Part shown: positions 26,177 to 40,197 of the stretch, in pieces | Layout: every line of letters begins with the position of its first letter | Numbering within the stretch: the stretch's first letter is position 1 | Program-made: the position numbers and the translations under genes | DNA from: Eledone cirrhosa | Taxonomy: Eukaryota | Assembly (NCBI GenBank): GCA_964016885.1 | Contig: OZ024742.1 | Location: 197,656,001-197,720,000, forward strand | Reading direction: 5' to 3' | Length of the DNA stretch: 64,000 nt | Notes under the pieces: generated by a model | Database searches by the model: none | The model's input: the letters and a program-made list of their open reading frames with translations, nothing else | Told to the model about the DNA's origin: nothing

Positions 26177-27194
26177 CTGGATAAAAAGAAAGAAAAGGTT
26201 TTTATAAAATGGATACAAACATCTATATGAGAATTTTAAGTTAGCATTTGTGTAGAAAATATTCCAGGGATATCTACATAAAACAACAACAACAACATCA
26301 ACAAGTGTTTTGAGGCCATCCATCTTGCTAAAGCAGTGCTTAGCATGCATGTCCTATGATAGATTTCATGACTGTACATTTGTCCAGTAGGTGTGGAAAT
26401 AGTTTGGAAGTCCTGGTAAAACTTAATCTACTAAGCAATAACAACAAGCATTTCAAAGTTATTTGTTCTGCTAAGTTATTTTTCAGCAAAATATGATAGG
26501 ACTGTGGGCCCTATTATTAAACATTTTGATATTAAACCACTCCTGGTTTTACAATATAAAACTGTCTATATATGCTAGTTATTTATACTTAATAGTTTTC
26601 TATCATATTTTTATGTAAGAACCTTTATGTTCCAAACACCAATTTAAAATAAAAAAAGTCAATTACATTACTAAATCACTAAATTTTTTTCATTATGTCA
26701 AAATCATTTGATAATCATATAGAATGTCTTTCATTAGAAATATGGTAACGAAAGAGTTTATTTAACTGAAAATTGCAAAACAGGTAACATTTTTAAAGAT
26801 CATACCAGAAAAAAAAATATAAGTGCCCCAGCATGGCCTCAGCCTATTGGCTGGAACACGTAATAGAGTAATATATACACATACACGCACATACACATAT
26901 GTAAGTGCAAGCATGGAGTTCACTCCCACTACATGGGCACCTTCTATAGCCGCAGGTGGACCAATGCCATATAAATAGAATTTGGTAAATGGAAACTACA
27001 GGAGCTCCTTGTATATATGGATGTGTGTGTGTATGCACATATATATATATATATAAAATAATCATGAACAAGGTGTCAAATTTTCATTAAGTTTATTCAG
27101 GTGGTACGCGTTTTGCGATTGATCAGCTCAAGGTTCAATCTCTATTGATCGAGCTCGACTGGTGTCAAAAGCTCATCAGACTTCTGTTAGCGCA

Positions 27195-27225
<31 letters not shown>

Positions 27226-27301
27226 AGCAGAAGGGATATTCAATTTGTTGGTAATTCAACAAATATAAATGTTTATAACTGGTTTTCAGGAGTATAATAT
27301 T

Positions 27302-27557
27302 CAATGATATTAAATAAATGGAAACTATATTTATTCTATTATATATATTTCAAGGGTACCAAAATTTTGACATAACCAAGGAAAATCCAAGTAAAACATG
27401 AACCGTTAAGGTATATTTTCCTTGGTTATGTCAAAATTTATAAAACACACTTCGTATTTTACCTGATGATAGCATACCAAAATTTTGGTACCCTTGAAAT
27501 ATATATAATAGAATAAATATGGTTTTATAAATATAGTTTCCATTTATTTAATATCAT

Positions 27558-27560
<3 letters not shown>
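27302..27560. repeat. Nested foldback (outer arms 27302-27369 / ~27478-27560; inner arms 27362-27386 / 27415-27439) with CTGATGA...GAAA motif
   Basis: Reverse-complement matches are directly visible. CTGATGA at 27463-27469, palindrome taccaaaattttggta, GAAA at 27496-27499. Confidence 0.75.
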
Positions 27561-27590
<30 letters not shown>

Positions 27591-28069
27591 GTGATTATAA
27601 TGGAATATTCCACTATTACTTTTGGTAAGGTTAATCATCATCATCATCATCATTGTTGTTGTTATTGTCGGCTTTTCCACGCTTGCATGGCTTGGATGGG
27701 TTCTTCTCAGCAAAGCATCTCTCCACATGTTGCAATCTTTTGTAATCACCTATGACAATTTATGTATGCTTCCTATATCTTTTTATCTGAAATTCTTACC
27801 ACTGCCTCTAAACTAATTTCGTTTTACCTCCTCACTTTTCATATTGCTGTCTATGTATTCTATCCAACCACCAACAAATATTCCTCTAAATATAAGGAAA
27901 AAATAATAATAATATTAACAATAGTGAGATAATGCTTTTTACCTCAACCTATAATCTGAATCTCTTACAACTTTGCACGTTAGAACCATTTCATGTACAG
28001 TCTTCATTAAATTGCCTTACATCCAATATTTGACATGGGATCTATTCTTATTTGAATTTGGTAAACTTT

Positions 28070-28849
28070 ACGAACAGCAATGTTACATGTCAGTGAGACA
28101 TGGGCATTGTGTGCTGATGACCTGCACAGATTGGAAAGGAACGAAGCATGCATGCTCTGTTGGATGTGTAATAGTACACGAACGGCAGAACATAAATGAA
28201 CTAAGTGAGAAATTAGGAATGAGAGGGATCAGATGCTATTTACTTTAGAGAAGACTACGTTGGTATGGTCACGTGGTGTGCATGAAAGATGACAGCTGTA
28301 TAAAAAATTGATGGATGCTAAGGAGTAGGTAGACTCAGAAAAACCTGGGACGACATGATAAAATCTGACCTTGCACACTTACACCTCTCTAAGACAATGT
28401 CACTGGATCGAGACCTTTGGCGCTACGCAGTAATACAGAAGACCCGCCTTCCCTTACGTACAAAGTGAAACCTATAGTCAGTAGGCACCTCTTAACCAAA
28501 TATACACCTCAGCCCACTACCCCTACTCCATCCTCCCACTCCCACCCACACCACCCTTGCTCTGTAAAGTTATGTTAGTACCACAGAACATCCAGCCCAC
28601 ACTAAAGTAGGTGTCATGACAAAAAGCACCCAGTCCATGCTGTAAAGTGGTCGTGTAGGAGACACGGTAAAAAGGCTCCCAGTCCACACTGTAAATGTGG
28701 TTGGTGTTAGGAAGGGCATAGAAAACCTGCCAGATACAGTCCTATACGAGCGAGACACGGTCACCTGATCAATCTTGTCTCAAGTGGGACAATTCCCATC
28801 TAATCCATGCTAACGTAGAAGACAGACGTTAAATGATGATGATGATGAT
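28070..28849 (+). mobile_element. Degenerate RTE LINE 3' end
   Basis: ERQNINELSEKLGMRGIRC and RRLRWYGHV remnants with frameshifts, plus the typical 3'UTR and (GAT)n tail. Confidence 0.85.
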
Positions 28850-29039
28850 ATCCTGAAGGAATGCAGTTGTTATATATATCATGTCTTGTGTAAATAATTG
28901 CTGATTAATTGTTTTTCCAATTAACTTATTGTTTACATATGCAGGAACCATTATCACCTGTATTGAATATTGAAATGTACGTAGAAATTAAGGAATGAAT
29001 TGAAGTTGTTAATCTTGGATTTTCTTTATTTTAAATATA

Positions 29040-29190
<151 letters not shown>

Positions 29191-30220
29191 GTCAATGTTT
29201 GTGTAATTTAGTGGTTTGACAAGAGATATATAAGTACCAAATACGAAAAATATATATATATATAAGTACTAGGGTCAATATTAACAACTAAATCCCTTCA
29301 AGATAGTGCCTCAGCATGGCCATAGACTAATGACTGAAAGTTAGTAAAAGGTTATATTTTACACAGCAAAATACACAAATAGCACATCCTTAAACCTTTC
29401 CATATCCAGACCAGTTATTAATTCCGCTAACACAGACATACAATAACAAGTATGTTGTTATTGTTTTCTAGCAGCAACATGTGTTAATAAGGAGGATGGG
29501 AGAGGAGGAAAGGAAAAGGGTAATATTTCATGGTTAGATGCACTTCATAATGTCAACTACTCCACTGTGGAATGGGAATGGCAGTTGCTATTATTTATTA
29601 TTTCCAGTTAAGTCATCTATGGTAAATGATGTCACCATCCTTTCTTTCCAAGACAACAACACAAGAATATTCCTCTCCTGCTATGAAATTCTATATTAAT
29701 ACTTTTGTTATGAAACTGCCTCTGGTTCTACGATTCTAAGCTGTTTATTTTAAAGTTATCTACACTCCTTGTATCATAATTTTATGGAAGAACCTTTGTT
29801 AAGTTATGTTCCAAACACTAGCTTAATAATGAGAAAGTTAATTATATTACCATATCCCTTTAAATGTTTGATTATTTTCAAAATTATTTGAAAATAATAG
29901 CCAGGTTCTTTCACTAGAAATATGGTAATGAATAATGTGATGAAAACAAACTGATTCACTAGCATATTCCTTTCTTCATTCTATACTGTTTAAACCTTTC
30001 ATTACCATATTTCTAATGAAAGCCATTGCCTACGATTTTCAAATCCTTTAGTGATATAATTAAATTTCTCATTATTAACCTGGAGTCTGGAACAGAACAT
30101 AAAGGTTCTTATACACAATTATAATGAAATGTATTTAGATAAACACTTTAATCCCTTTAATTCCATATTTTTAATTGGTTTTCAAATAATTTTGAAAATA
30201 ACCACAAATTTTAGTTAATA

Positions 30221-31135
30221 CTAGCAGTGGTACCCGGCGTTGCACGGGATAAGATATTTTGGAACGCGGGCCGCCAACAGACCTAATCGTGGAAAAACTG
30301 CATGCCAGGACAATATGTAAAGAAAATAAACCGAATACTCTGATGGCTGGATAATCTTTAAGATTTTCCTCGATGAAGCAGGAAAAATGCAGGTTTTCAC
30401 CTAATCCGGGCCCTAGGGGATCAAGAAAATGAATTTTTTTTATATGCATAATATGCCTTGAAATTTCGGGAAAATCGGCTAGACGTAATGCCGCCGAAAA
30501 GCCCTAAGAAGCTGAAAAATGAAGTTTTTCACCTAATGCCGACCCTAGGCCATAAAAAAATTGGATTTTCTTTGCTCACGGTATGAAGAAGAGACTGACT
30601 AATACATAGTTACAATTTCAAAGAGATCGGTCTGACGTAACGACTCAAAAAACCCTAAAAAGCTTAAAAAACGCAGTTTTTCATCTAATGTGGGCCCTAG
30701 GAGATCAAAAAGTTGAATTTTTTATGTGCATAACACTCCCTGAAACATAAGTAATACACATGTAAAGTTTGAAAAAAAATCCGTTGGGTACTTCTAGAGT
30801 TTTAGGGATTCAAACTCACAGACACACACACACACACAGACATCCTCAGGGGAGTGACGTAATGCAGACAGCCAGACATACAGACAGATATTATAAGGGC
30901 GCGACGTTATATGTATGTATCTAAAAAGAGAAAAAATAACAATTATAGAGAGAAATCACTAAATCGCCTAATGCGGTCCCTAGGGCATTGAAAATTCGAA
31001 TTTTTTTTTGCTCAGAACACTCCCTGAAACATAAGTATTACATGTGTAAAGTTTGAAAAGAGTCGGTTGGGTGTTTCTCGAGTTCTAGGGATTCAAACTC
31101 ACACACACAGACATCCTCAGTTTTATATATATAGA
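30221..31135 (-). mobile_element. Non-autonomous Helitron (915 bp)
   Basis: The minus strand starts TC(TATATATATAAAA) and ends CTAG, with a subterminal hairpin CCCGTGCAACGCCGGG. It sits between A and T with no TSD, and removing it restores the host repeat (ttagttaata|taactcagtttctcattatt). Internal tandem units contain ccctagg. Confidence 0.88.
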
Positions 31136-31999
31136 TAACTCAGTTTCTCATTATTTATCTTGTGGTTGGAACATAACTTAAAGGTTCTTACATAAAATTA
31201 TGAATTTTTTTTAGATAGAAATAAACAGCCGAATTCTTTGACCGAGACAAGACTTATTCTGCTGCTCTAATACTATAATTATTCCTCTAGTTCTCGCCTT
31301 CCAGTATTACTGAGCACTGATTCCAACAGGGGATTACCATACTCGATATGTAGAAGTGTTAGTAAGAACTCCATACAAAGTGTGCAAAATGTAAAATACA
31401 CAAGAGATGGAGCAGGATCTCAGGCAGGCTAAGAATGTAGACTTAGTATGGGGCAGATTTACAGGAGCAGTAAACAACAAGAGCCTACATGAAACTGGCT
31501 CTATCTAATGCTCTGATGGTTTCCTGGATGCAACTGACAGTTTCTGCTAGTTAGGTAATCTAATTAGCAATGGAAGTGGATGTTCTGAAAGTACAGTAGT
31601 TAGAGTGAGAAACAGTAGAAAAAATTGATGGGACCTGTGGCAGAGGAAGATCTAGGAAAACATGGGGCGATGTGGTGAAGGCTGACCTCACAAAGGAGAT
31701 CAAATTGACTGGCGATTTGCTAGGACTACAAAGGACCAAGCTTGCCATGTAAGCATGATGAAACATGAGAAGGATAATGATTTAGAAGCTGAAATATATA
31801 TCAAGATTTAGGTCCCCCCACCTGTCAATATTCTACCCCTCTCTTCTTTCTACCAATCCATTAGTCTGACTCGCATCAAATCACTTACTCTCCCCTCATT
31901 TACTATCTGAACTATCACCACCTACACTTTTTCATAATCATGCACACATAACTAGTGGATAGCTATCCCAACAGTGAGACATCTTACGCATATTCACCC

Positions 32000-32580
32000 A
32001 GTCCACACTGTAAAGTGCTAGTCTATAAAATATACCCAGTCAACACTGTAAAGCGGTAATGCTGGTGTCATGATAAAATACACCCAGTACATGCTGTAAA
32101 GCGGTAGTGCTGGTGTCATGATAAAATACACCCAGTACATGCTGTAAAGCGGTAGTGCTGGTGTCCTAATAAAATACACCCAGTACATGCTGTAAAGCGG
32201 TAGTGCTGGTGTCATGATAAAATACACCCAGTACATGCTGTAAAGCGGTAGTGCTGGTGTCATGATAAAATACACCCAGTACATGCTGTAAAGCGTTAGT
32301 GCTGGTGTCATGATAAAATACACCCAGTACATGCTGTAAAGTGGTAGTGCTGGTGTCATGATAAAATACACCCAGTACATGCTGTAAAGCGGTAGTGCTG
32401 GTGTCATGATAAAATACACCCAGTACATGCTGTAAAGCGGTAGTGCTGGTGTCATGATAAAATACACCCAGTACATGCTGTAAAGCGTTAGTGTTGGTGT
32501 CATAATAAAATATACCCAGTACATGCTGTAAAACGGTAGTGCTGGTGTCATGATAAAATACACCCAGTACATGCTGCAAA
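32000..32580 (+). repeat. 48-bp minisatellite (~12 copies) amplified from the RTE 3'UTR unit, within an old RTE 3' end (~31610-32720)
   Basis: Unit atacacccagtacatgctgtaaagcggtagtgctggtgtcatgataaa. It explains the 16-aa periodic ORFs 32018-32572 and 32166-32654. Confidence 0.93.
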
Positions 32581-32939
32581 GAAGTTGGTATTAAGAAAGA
32601 CATCCAGTCATAGAAACCGTTCCATATTGAAACGTATGAGTAAAGCAAGGTCATCTAACCTATCTAGCCGCAAAAGATGACAACCCATGCTGACATGAGA
32701 AACAGACACAAAATGGTGACGATTATGTAATATATATATATACGTGTGTGTGTGTCTATCCATATATATATATATATATATAACACGTGTGTATCTTGTT
32801 CTCTCTCTATATATATATATAATATATAATCCCACCCTTGCAAGCAGGAAAAAAGCGGATGTAAAATGAAATGATGATGATGATGATGATGATGAATATA
32901 TGTGTGTGTGTGTGTATGCTTCTGTGTGTTTATGTATAC

Positions 32940-32984
<45 letters not shown>

Positions 32985-33637
32985 ATACACGCATGTGTAT
33001 CTAAATGTATGAATGCATATATATATGTGTGTATGTCTGTGTTTATGTGTAAGTAAGTGTGTGCATGTGTTAAAATATTTTTTTATTGCAAGGAATGGCA
33101 TATGATGTGCTTTCAACTACTTTAAAGTCATCTTGAAGAAAATGGATTTACAGGCAGTTTTATCTACTGCTTGGTTTAAAAGGGTTAATGTGAACATAGT
33201 GGAAACAAATGGAAATACACATATACACAGACACATCTATACACATACACACAGATCTATACATATACACACACATCTATACACATTCCCACATCTACAC
33301 ATACATAGCAGTTATGCTTTACTCTAAGCTGTTAAACACTTGAACACTAACCTAACTTTAAACAGGTAACTAGTTTATCTTATGCCTAACTTCATAGCTG
33401 TACACACATGCATATACATTAGTGCAGAGAGACACACACACACACATATATGGGCACACATGCATATACATTAGTGCAGACAGAGACACAGACACACACA
33501 CACACATATATATATATATTAAAACTGAATGAGCACAATATGTGTAGGTAGAGTGTAAAATAAAATTTTATGTGAGTGTATATACATATATTTACGCACA
33601 CATTACATATATATATATATATCACATATATGTGTGT

Positions 33638-33683
<46 letters not shown>

Positions 33684-33718
33684 AGGGTTGACGGACCCAG
33701 CATATTTATCAATGCCAG

Positions 33719-33755
<37 letters not shown>

Positions 33756-33872
33756 ATACACGCATGTGTATCTAAATGTATGAATGTGTGTGTGTGTCTG
33801 TGTATATATATATATATATATATACACAGACACACACACACACATTATATATATATATATATATATATATAT

Positions 33873-34080
33873 ACCGTGTAGGCGCCACGGAAAAAAAGCA
33901 CCCACCACTCACTGTAAATGAGGTTAGTGTTAGGAAGGGCATCCAGCTGTAGAAATCAAGCCAAAATCAGTTCCCGTATGTGCAAGACAAGGTCAGCTGA
34001 CCGGGCACTGCCCACAACATGACAACCAGCCTAACCCATGCTAGAGTGGAAGAATGGATGTAAAATGGTGATGATGATGA
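33873..34080 (+). mobile_element. RTE LINE 3'UTR fragment (same family as 2662-4780) in (TA)n
   Basis: Matches 4582-4780 and ends in a gatgatga tail. Confidence 0.85.
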
Positions 34081-34614
34081 TATATATATATATATACACA
34101 CACACATACATGGGGCAGTTTGATAAAAACAAATTAAAACACTTTAAAAAAATAGTTACTGGGGTTGATTTGATGGACTGAATCTTTTCAAAGCACTACA
34201 GTAGCATGGCCCCAGTCTAATGACTGAAACCAGTAAGAGAATGGCGGTGATAACAACAATAATAATGGTAATGGTGAAGTCTCAAATAACAGCTATTGTG
34301 ACTTCCAGTTTCAGTGAGATAGGGGAGAGGGAGGAAAGAGAGGGGGAGAGTGAGTTGAGAGAGTGAAAGACATGGGGAGAGAGAGCTTTTGAAATGGTAA
34401 CACTCCTGTTGTATAACTCCTTGTAGTTTTGAGAGGGAGTGAAAGAAAAAGGAAAAAGGAGACGGGGGGGAAGGGGGGGGGGACAAAACAAAGAGACAGA
34501 GGTGCTTTACAAAGGGAGAGAGAGAAAGAGAAACAAATCAACAACCCCTTTAGTTTCACCACCATTGTCTTCACTACTGCCATCATCTACACTATTACTA
34601 AACTATCTTTTGTT

Positions 34615-34965
34615 CTACTACTACCACCATCACTACCACCCCCACCAATGCTATCATCATCACCACCATCCACCACCATCACCATCATCCACCACTACCA
34701 CCACCACCAACATCACTATCACCACCACCAATGCCATCAACCACTATCACCATCACCAATGCCATCATCCACCACTACCACTATCACCACCACCAATGCC
34801 ATCATCATCACCACCATCCACCACCATCACCACCAATGCCATCATCATCACCACCAATGCCATCATCATCACCACCATCCACCACCATCATCACCAATGC
34901 CATCATCATCACCACCATCCACCACCATCACCACCAAAACCATCATCATCACCACCAACCACCAC
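34615..34965. repeat. (CAC/CAT)-rich low-complexity tract with 21-nt subunits
   Basis: Repeated caccaccaatgccatcatcat motifs. Confidence 0.9.
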
Positions 34966-35029
34966 TTTGTCTTAGATGACCTACAATTTCAGATGTAGTG
35001 GAACGATAATTGACAGGTTAAAAATGTCT

Positions 35030-35712
35030 TCAGTTAGTGTAAGAAAATACTGGCTTTCTACTTAAGTTTATCCAATATGCTCAGTCAGAAGAAATGCTGG
35101 CTTCTAATTGGTTTATCCATGTTCAGCCAGAAGAAATGGTGGCTTCTAATTGGTTAATCCATGTTCAGCCAGAAGAAATGGTGGCTTTCTACATATAATA
35201 AGTTTATCCAACATGCTCAGTCAGAAGAAATACTAGCTTTTGATTGGTTTATCCAATTTCAGTCAGAAGAAATACTAGCTTTTAAGTGGTTTATCCAGCA
35301 AGTTCAGTCTTAAGAAATACTGGCTTTTGATTGGTTTATCCAGCAAGCTCAGTCAGAAGAAATACTGGCTTTTGATTGGTTTATCCAGCAAGCTCAGTCA
35401 GAAGAAATACTGGCTTTTGATTGGTTTATCCAGCAAGCTCAGTCAGAAGAAATACTGGCTTTTGATTGGTTTATCCAGCAAGCTCAGTCAGAAGAAATAC
35501 TGGCTTTTGATTGGTTTATCCAGCAAGCTCAGTCAGAAGAAATACTGGCTTTTGATTGGTTTATCCAGCAAGCTCAGTCAGAAGAAATACTGGCTTTTGA
35601 TTGGTTTATCCAGCAAGCTCAGTCAGAAGAAATACTGGCTTTTGATTGGTTTATCCAGCAAGCTCAGTCAGAAGAAATACTGGCTTTTGATTGGTTTATG
35701 CAACATGCTCAG
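35030..35712. repeat. 45-bp minisatellite (~8 perfect plus several degenerate copies)
   Basis: Unit ttggtttatccagcaagctcagtcagaagaaatactggcttttga. It explains the 15-aa periodic ORF 35327-35731. Confidence 0.95.
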
Positions 35713-35995
35713 TCGGAACACTATAGCCTGACAGAGAGGACTGAGTGCGTTTTATTGTGGCCTACCATTTTATGGAATGGGTCAAATGGTTTTCAACACT
35801 CACTGTGTTCTCCACCATGGCAGAGATGGGAGAATAAGCCTTGTGAGGTGAGGAGTCATTCTACAATTAAATCCAAGTTGTTGCATATTTTGTGTAAAAT
35901 GTCAGTGTCATGCCAGGAAGGAGATTGTAACAGTGTGAATTATATCATACAGAGAGGGGAAAGTAAGACAGATGAATTTAAAGAAAGTGATTGAT

Positions 35996-36065
<70 letters not shown>

Positions 36066-38409
36066 AAATAAAGAATTTTGAGTAGTAAAAAAAAAACAAT
36101 CATTATTAATGCTATGAACACATTCCTTCTTTAATTGCAGGCAAAACATGGCTTTGAAGAATTGGACTGAAACACTGGCTGGACAGAATTATATGTAAGA
36201 GAGATCATAACACTGGAAACATTATGAATGCAAGACATAGAGAAAAATAAATAATCTGGCTCCAGGTGATAACTGAAACACTAACCAATTAATATTACAA
36301 GATAAAGTAACTCTACCATTACCATATTTCTAATGATAGACACTACCTACTATTTTTGCATCACTTTGAGATAATAATTTGGAGGGTTTTACTAACTTTT
36401 TTTTTCCCATTTTTAGCCCTTTTGTTGCCATATCTAATGAAAGGTGCTTATTTTCAAATGATTTTCAAAATTTCATTTAGTAATATAACTAACTCCTGCA
36501 TTATTTTAGTAATGTTTGGGGCATAACTTAACCCTTTCATTACTATATTTCTATAGAAGACACTGTCTATGATTTTCAACTTTTGAAAATAATCAAGCAA
36601 TTGGAGGGATTTAGTAATATAACATTCTCATTATTAAGCTGGTATTTAGAACATAATAAAAGGTTCTGACATAAAATTATGGAAATGGCCATGAGTATTG
36701 CCTTTCCCTCTCTGTCTAAACAGTCTTTAAAAAAAACCCCTCAAAAGTAACAAAAGCAAATTTCAGCTTCTGTATGTCTCTAGCCTGTATTCTCAACATA
36801 ATTCTCAGGGAGATTCGGTGAGTCACAGTATGTGACAAGGCTAGCTTTTTGAATTAGTTCATCTTGTATGAGGTGTAAATGGTTGAGTAATCTACAGACA
36901 AATGAACCCATAATATATTTTTCAGGAAGATTCATCATGACTGTGTGTGATAGGGTTGGTGCATCACATTTTTATTCCAGCTGAGTGAACTGGAGTAATA
37001 TAAAATATAGTGTTTGGCTTAAGGACATAATGTATTAACAGGAATGAAACTCATGACCTTTCAATCATGAGCCAAACACTCTGAAATCCATGCGAAAAGT
37101 ATCAAAATACTGTCAGTTGGAATCAGGACCCAGTTGAAAGCAGATCAAGACATTTTGGTTTGATTAACTCTTAGCTGTAATAATTTAACAGAAAATATCT
37201 ATAAATGGAGTCTGTTAATTCAAATGTTTATAGTATCTTTACCAGTGGACAGATCATAGTAAAAATTTGTAATATTTGACTAAAGACTTAAATTATTTTA
37301 TGTGATGCTGCCAATAGTGCTGTTTGGTACTTTTCAAGATTGTTTTGTTAATATAGTTTTAGGAGGTACAGGATGTTAAGAATTATTTAAAAAACCCCAG
37401 AAATAATCATTGATCAGAATAATCCAAAGATTTCAAGAATGAAAGGGTTTTGGTCTGTGTTAACATGGTAAAAAAAAAAGTGTTCAAAGAACAACACAAC
37501 AATGCAAATACAAAGTATATAATATTAGTTTAACGCTGAAATGAAGAAAGAGGATTATAAGTGTTCTATATTGTGAGCAGTAGTCCTTCAAAGAGAAGCA
37601 GACTTCTCTGTCTTTCTTATCATCACATTTAATTAAAAAGTTAATTTTTCATATGAAGGTGAGTTCAACACCCTAACCACATGTCTCCTCTACATGTATA
37701 ATTTCATTCTATGGAATATTTTCTCTTTATTCATTGTTCTTCTCTGCTATTCTTTGAACGAGGAGAAACACTGTGGTAAACATAGAACACTTTTAACTCT
37801 CCTTTTCCCTTCCAACATTAAACTAATATGACAAACTCTCTATTGATTGTTTGTTTTGTTTCTGAGAAATCTTCCCTATTTCTTTACTGATTTCAGTCAA
37901 CAGACTGTGACCATGCTGGGGCACCACCCTGACTTAGTTTATCATATTGATCCCAGTACTTATTCTTATTTCATTGATCTCTTTTTTGTTGAACCACTAG
38001 GTTACAGTACATAAACACAGACACAAACTAAAAGACACACACACAGGGTACTAAACCCAGAATCACATTGTAGAGTGAGCTTCTTAATCAAACAACCACA
38101 CCACGACCTATATTTTGGGGCTCTAATTCTTCACAGAAAAACAAACTGGCTGACTAAGTACAAATGTTTTCATACCCCACCCAAAAAATTCCCATTTTCT
38201 TTCATGTCTTTCTTACTCGTGTCTTATCTTTCTATTTCTTCACTCATTCTAACTTATGATGAAGGAGTAACGTTCAGAGTGTTACAACTCTCCTACTACA
38301 TCAAGCATTAAACTAATATATTGATATATATATGATGGTGATGATGATATATATATATATATATCATTGTATTGTTCTCTCATGTTATTTTTCCTTGTTT
38401 ATGTTCCTC

Positions 38410-38475
<66 letters not shown>

Positions 38476-40008
38476 GATAGAGGAAGGGGATATTTGGATA
38501 AATTTAGTAGGAAGGATTTAGAAATACTGCAACAAGATGATAGAGGATCAGATTTCTTGTTTCATAACAAATAATCACAGCAATTGAGAGTAATTTGTTA
38601 ATCCCAGCTGGCATAATGGTAAAGGTCATATGATATCTTCTACATAACACACAAGTAATCCATTTGATATTATTTGTACAATAGTTCTGGTCCCATTGAC
38701 AATTACATTGACTGGAATATAACCCGATGGATATATTCTATTGCCCCCTCCTCCTAACCTTTTCTTTCTATCTTTTTAACACACCTTCTCTCCCACAACC
38801 ACTCTTACACATGTTTCTCTTACACACACACAAGCAATACCTCACTCTATCCCACAACCACATATACTCTGTGTCTCTTACCTACACACGCACACAACTA
38901 CATACACTCCCTCTCACCCACAACTACATACATACACTATCACACACTCCCCCTCTCTTACAACCACATACTCACTATCTCTTTCTTACCCACACATACA
39001 CACTCTCCCTCAGTGCCACTCTTTCTCCCTCTCAAACACAAAAAACACACACACCCTCTCATACACACATTCTCTCTCTCTCTCTTTCACACACTCACAA
39101 TTTAACAGAATTTATACATTACAGCAAGCCTATTATCTAAAACTCATCATGTTGCTAAATAAAGAAGAGGAAGGCAGGAAAAGTGAGACAATTAACATAT
39201 GTAAATACGCATACAGCTGCACACACACACACACACACACACAAAACTACATAGATAGATGTGTACAGGTGTGTGTGTGTGTGTAACTATATATATCACA
39301 TTATGTATATACACATACATAGAAAGGCCACTAATTTGATGCCTCTTGTATTCTTGAGGTTCAAATTTGGGCCTTGAAACCTTGGGTAGCGTTTTGTTCC
39401 ACTCTTGAACATAAATAAATATACATACACACACACAGAGAGAGAGATACATACATATATATATATATATATCCCGTCTAACCCATGCTAGCGTGGAAAA
39501 TGGACGTTAAACGAAGATGATGATGATGATGATGATGATAATATCATTATCGTTTTGACATCCGCTTTTCCAGGCTTGCATATTACATAGATAATTGCTC
39601 CCAGTATGTCGTAAGAGGTGTCTAAAAGGATTGACATCAGAAAGGGTATCCTGCTGTAAAACCTTGTCTCAAACCATTCCATCCAACCCATGCCAGCATG
39701 GAAAAGTGGATGTAAAAATCAATGATGATGGTGATGGTGATGATGATGATGATGATGGTGGTGGTGATGGTGGTGATGGGAATCTGAAAAGTTAATAAGA
39801 CAAGGGGCGAGCGATTATTTAATATCCGGGAGTACATGATCAGTCGATTCTAGAAGCAGCAACCAAAAATACACACACACACATATATATATATGATGAT
39901 GGTGATATTATATATTTTGCATGTTCTATATGTGATGCATCCAGGTAGTTGAAGGAAAGATTCTTTAAGCACTGTCAGAGAACTCTTCCATTTGTTTTTT
40001 CTCTCCTA

Positions 40009-40197
40009 ATAATTGTTTCTACTTTTGGCACAAGGCCAGCAATTATCCAGTACATTACTGGTACTTTATTTTATCGACCCCCCGTATGGGTGAAAGGCAA
40101 AGTTAACCTCGGCGGGATTTGAACTCAGATCGTAAAGGGACGTAACTATGCTGGAAAGCATGTCCGATCCTCCACCGATACTGCCAATTCACCGCCC
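40009..40197 (-). mobile_element. SINE family 1 copy
   Basis: Near-identical to 1729-1925. Confidence 0.85.

Noticed and set aside
26123-26350. ORF ending VLMTCPGKILLESLVMQ as the start of the last exon
   Set aside because: This is the wrong frame. The phase-1 junction gives GADDLSRQ..., which matches CRTC.
34429-34998. 189-aa and 178-aa His/Pro/Thr-rich ORFs
   Set aside because: The low-complexity CAC/CAT tract is open in all three frames, with no splice or homology support.
35804-35860. 57-nt exon-like segment on the minus strand (gtAG|...aca|GTGAGT)
   Set aside because: The donor is perfect, but it is open only in phase 0. In the CRTC phase-1 frame it stops at once, and the acceptor tract is weak. 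Likely a pseudo-exon.
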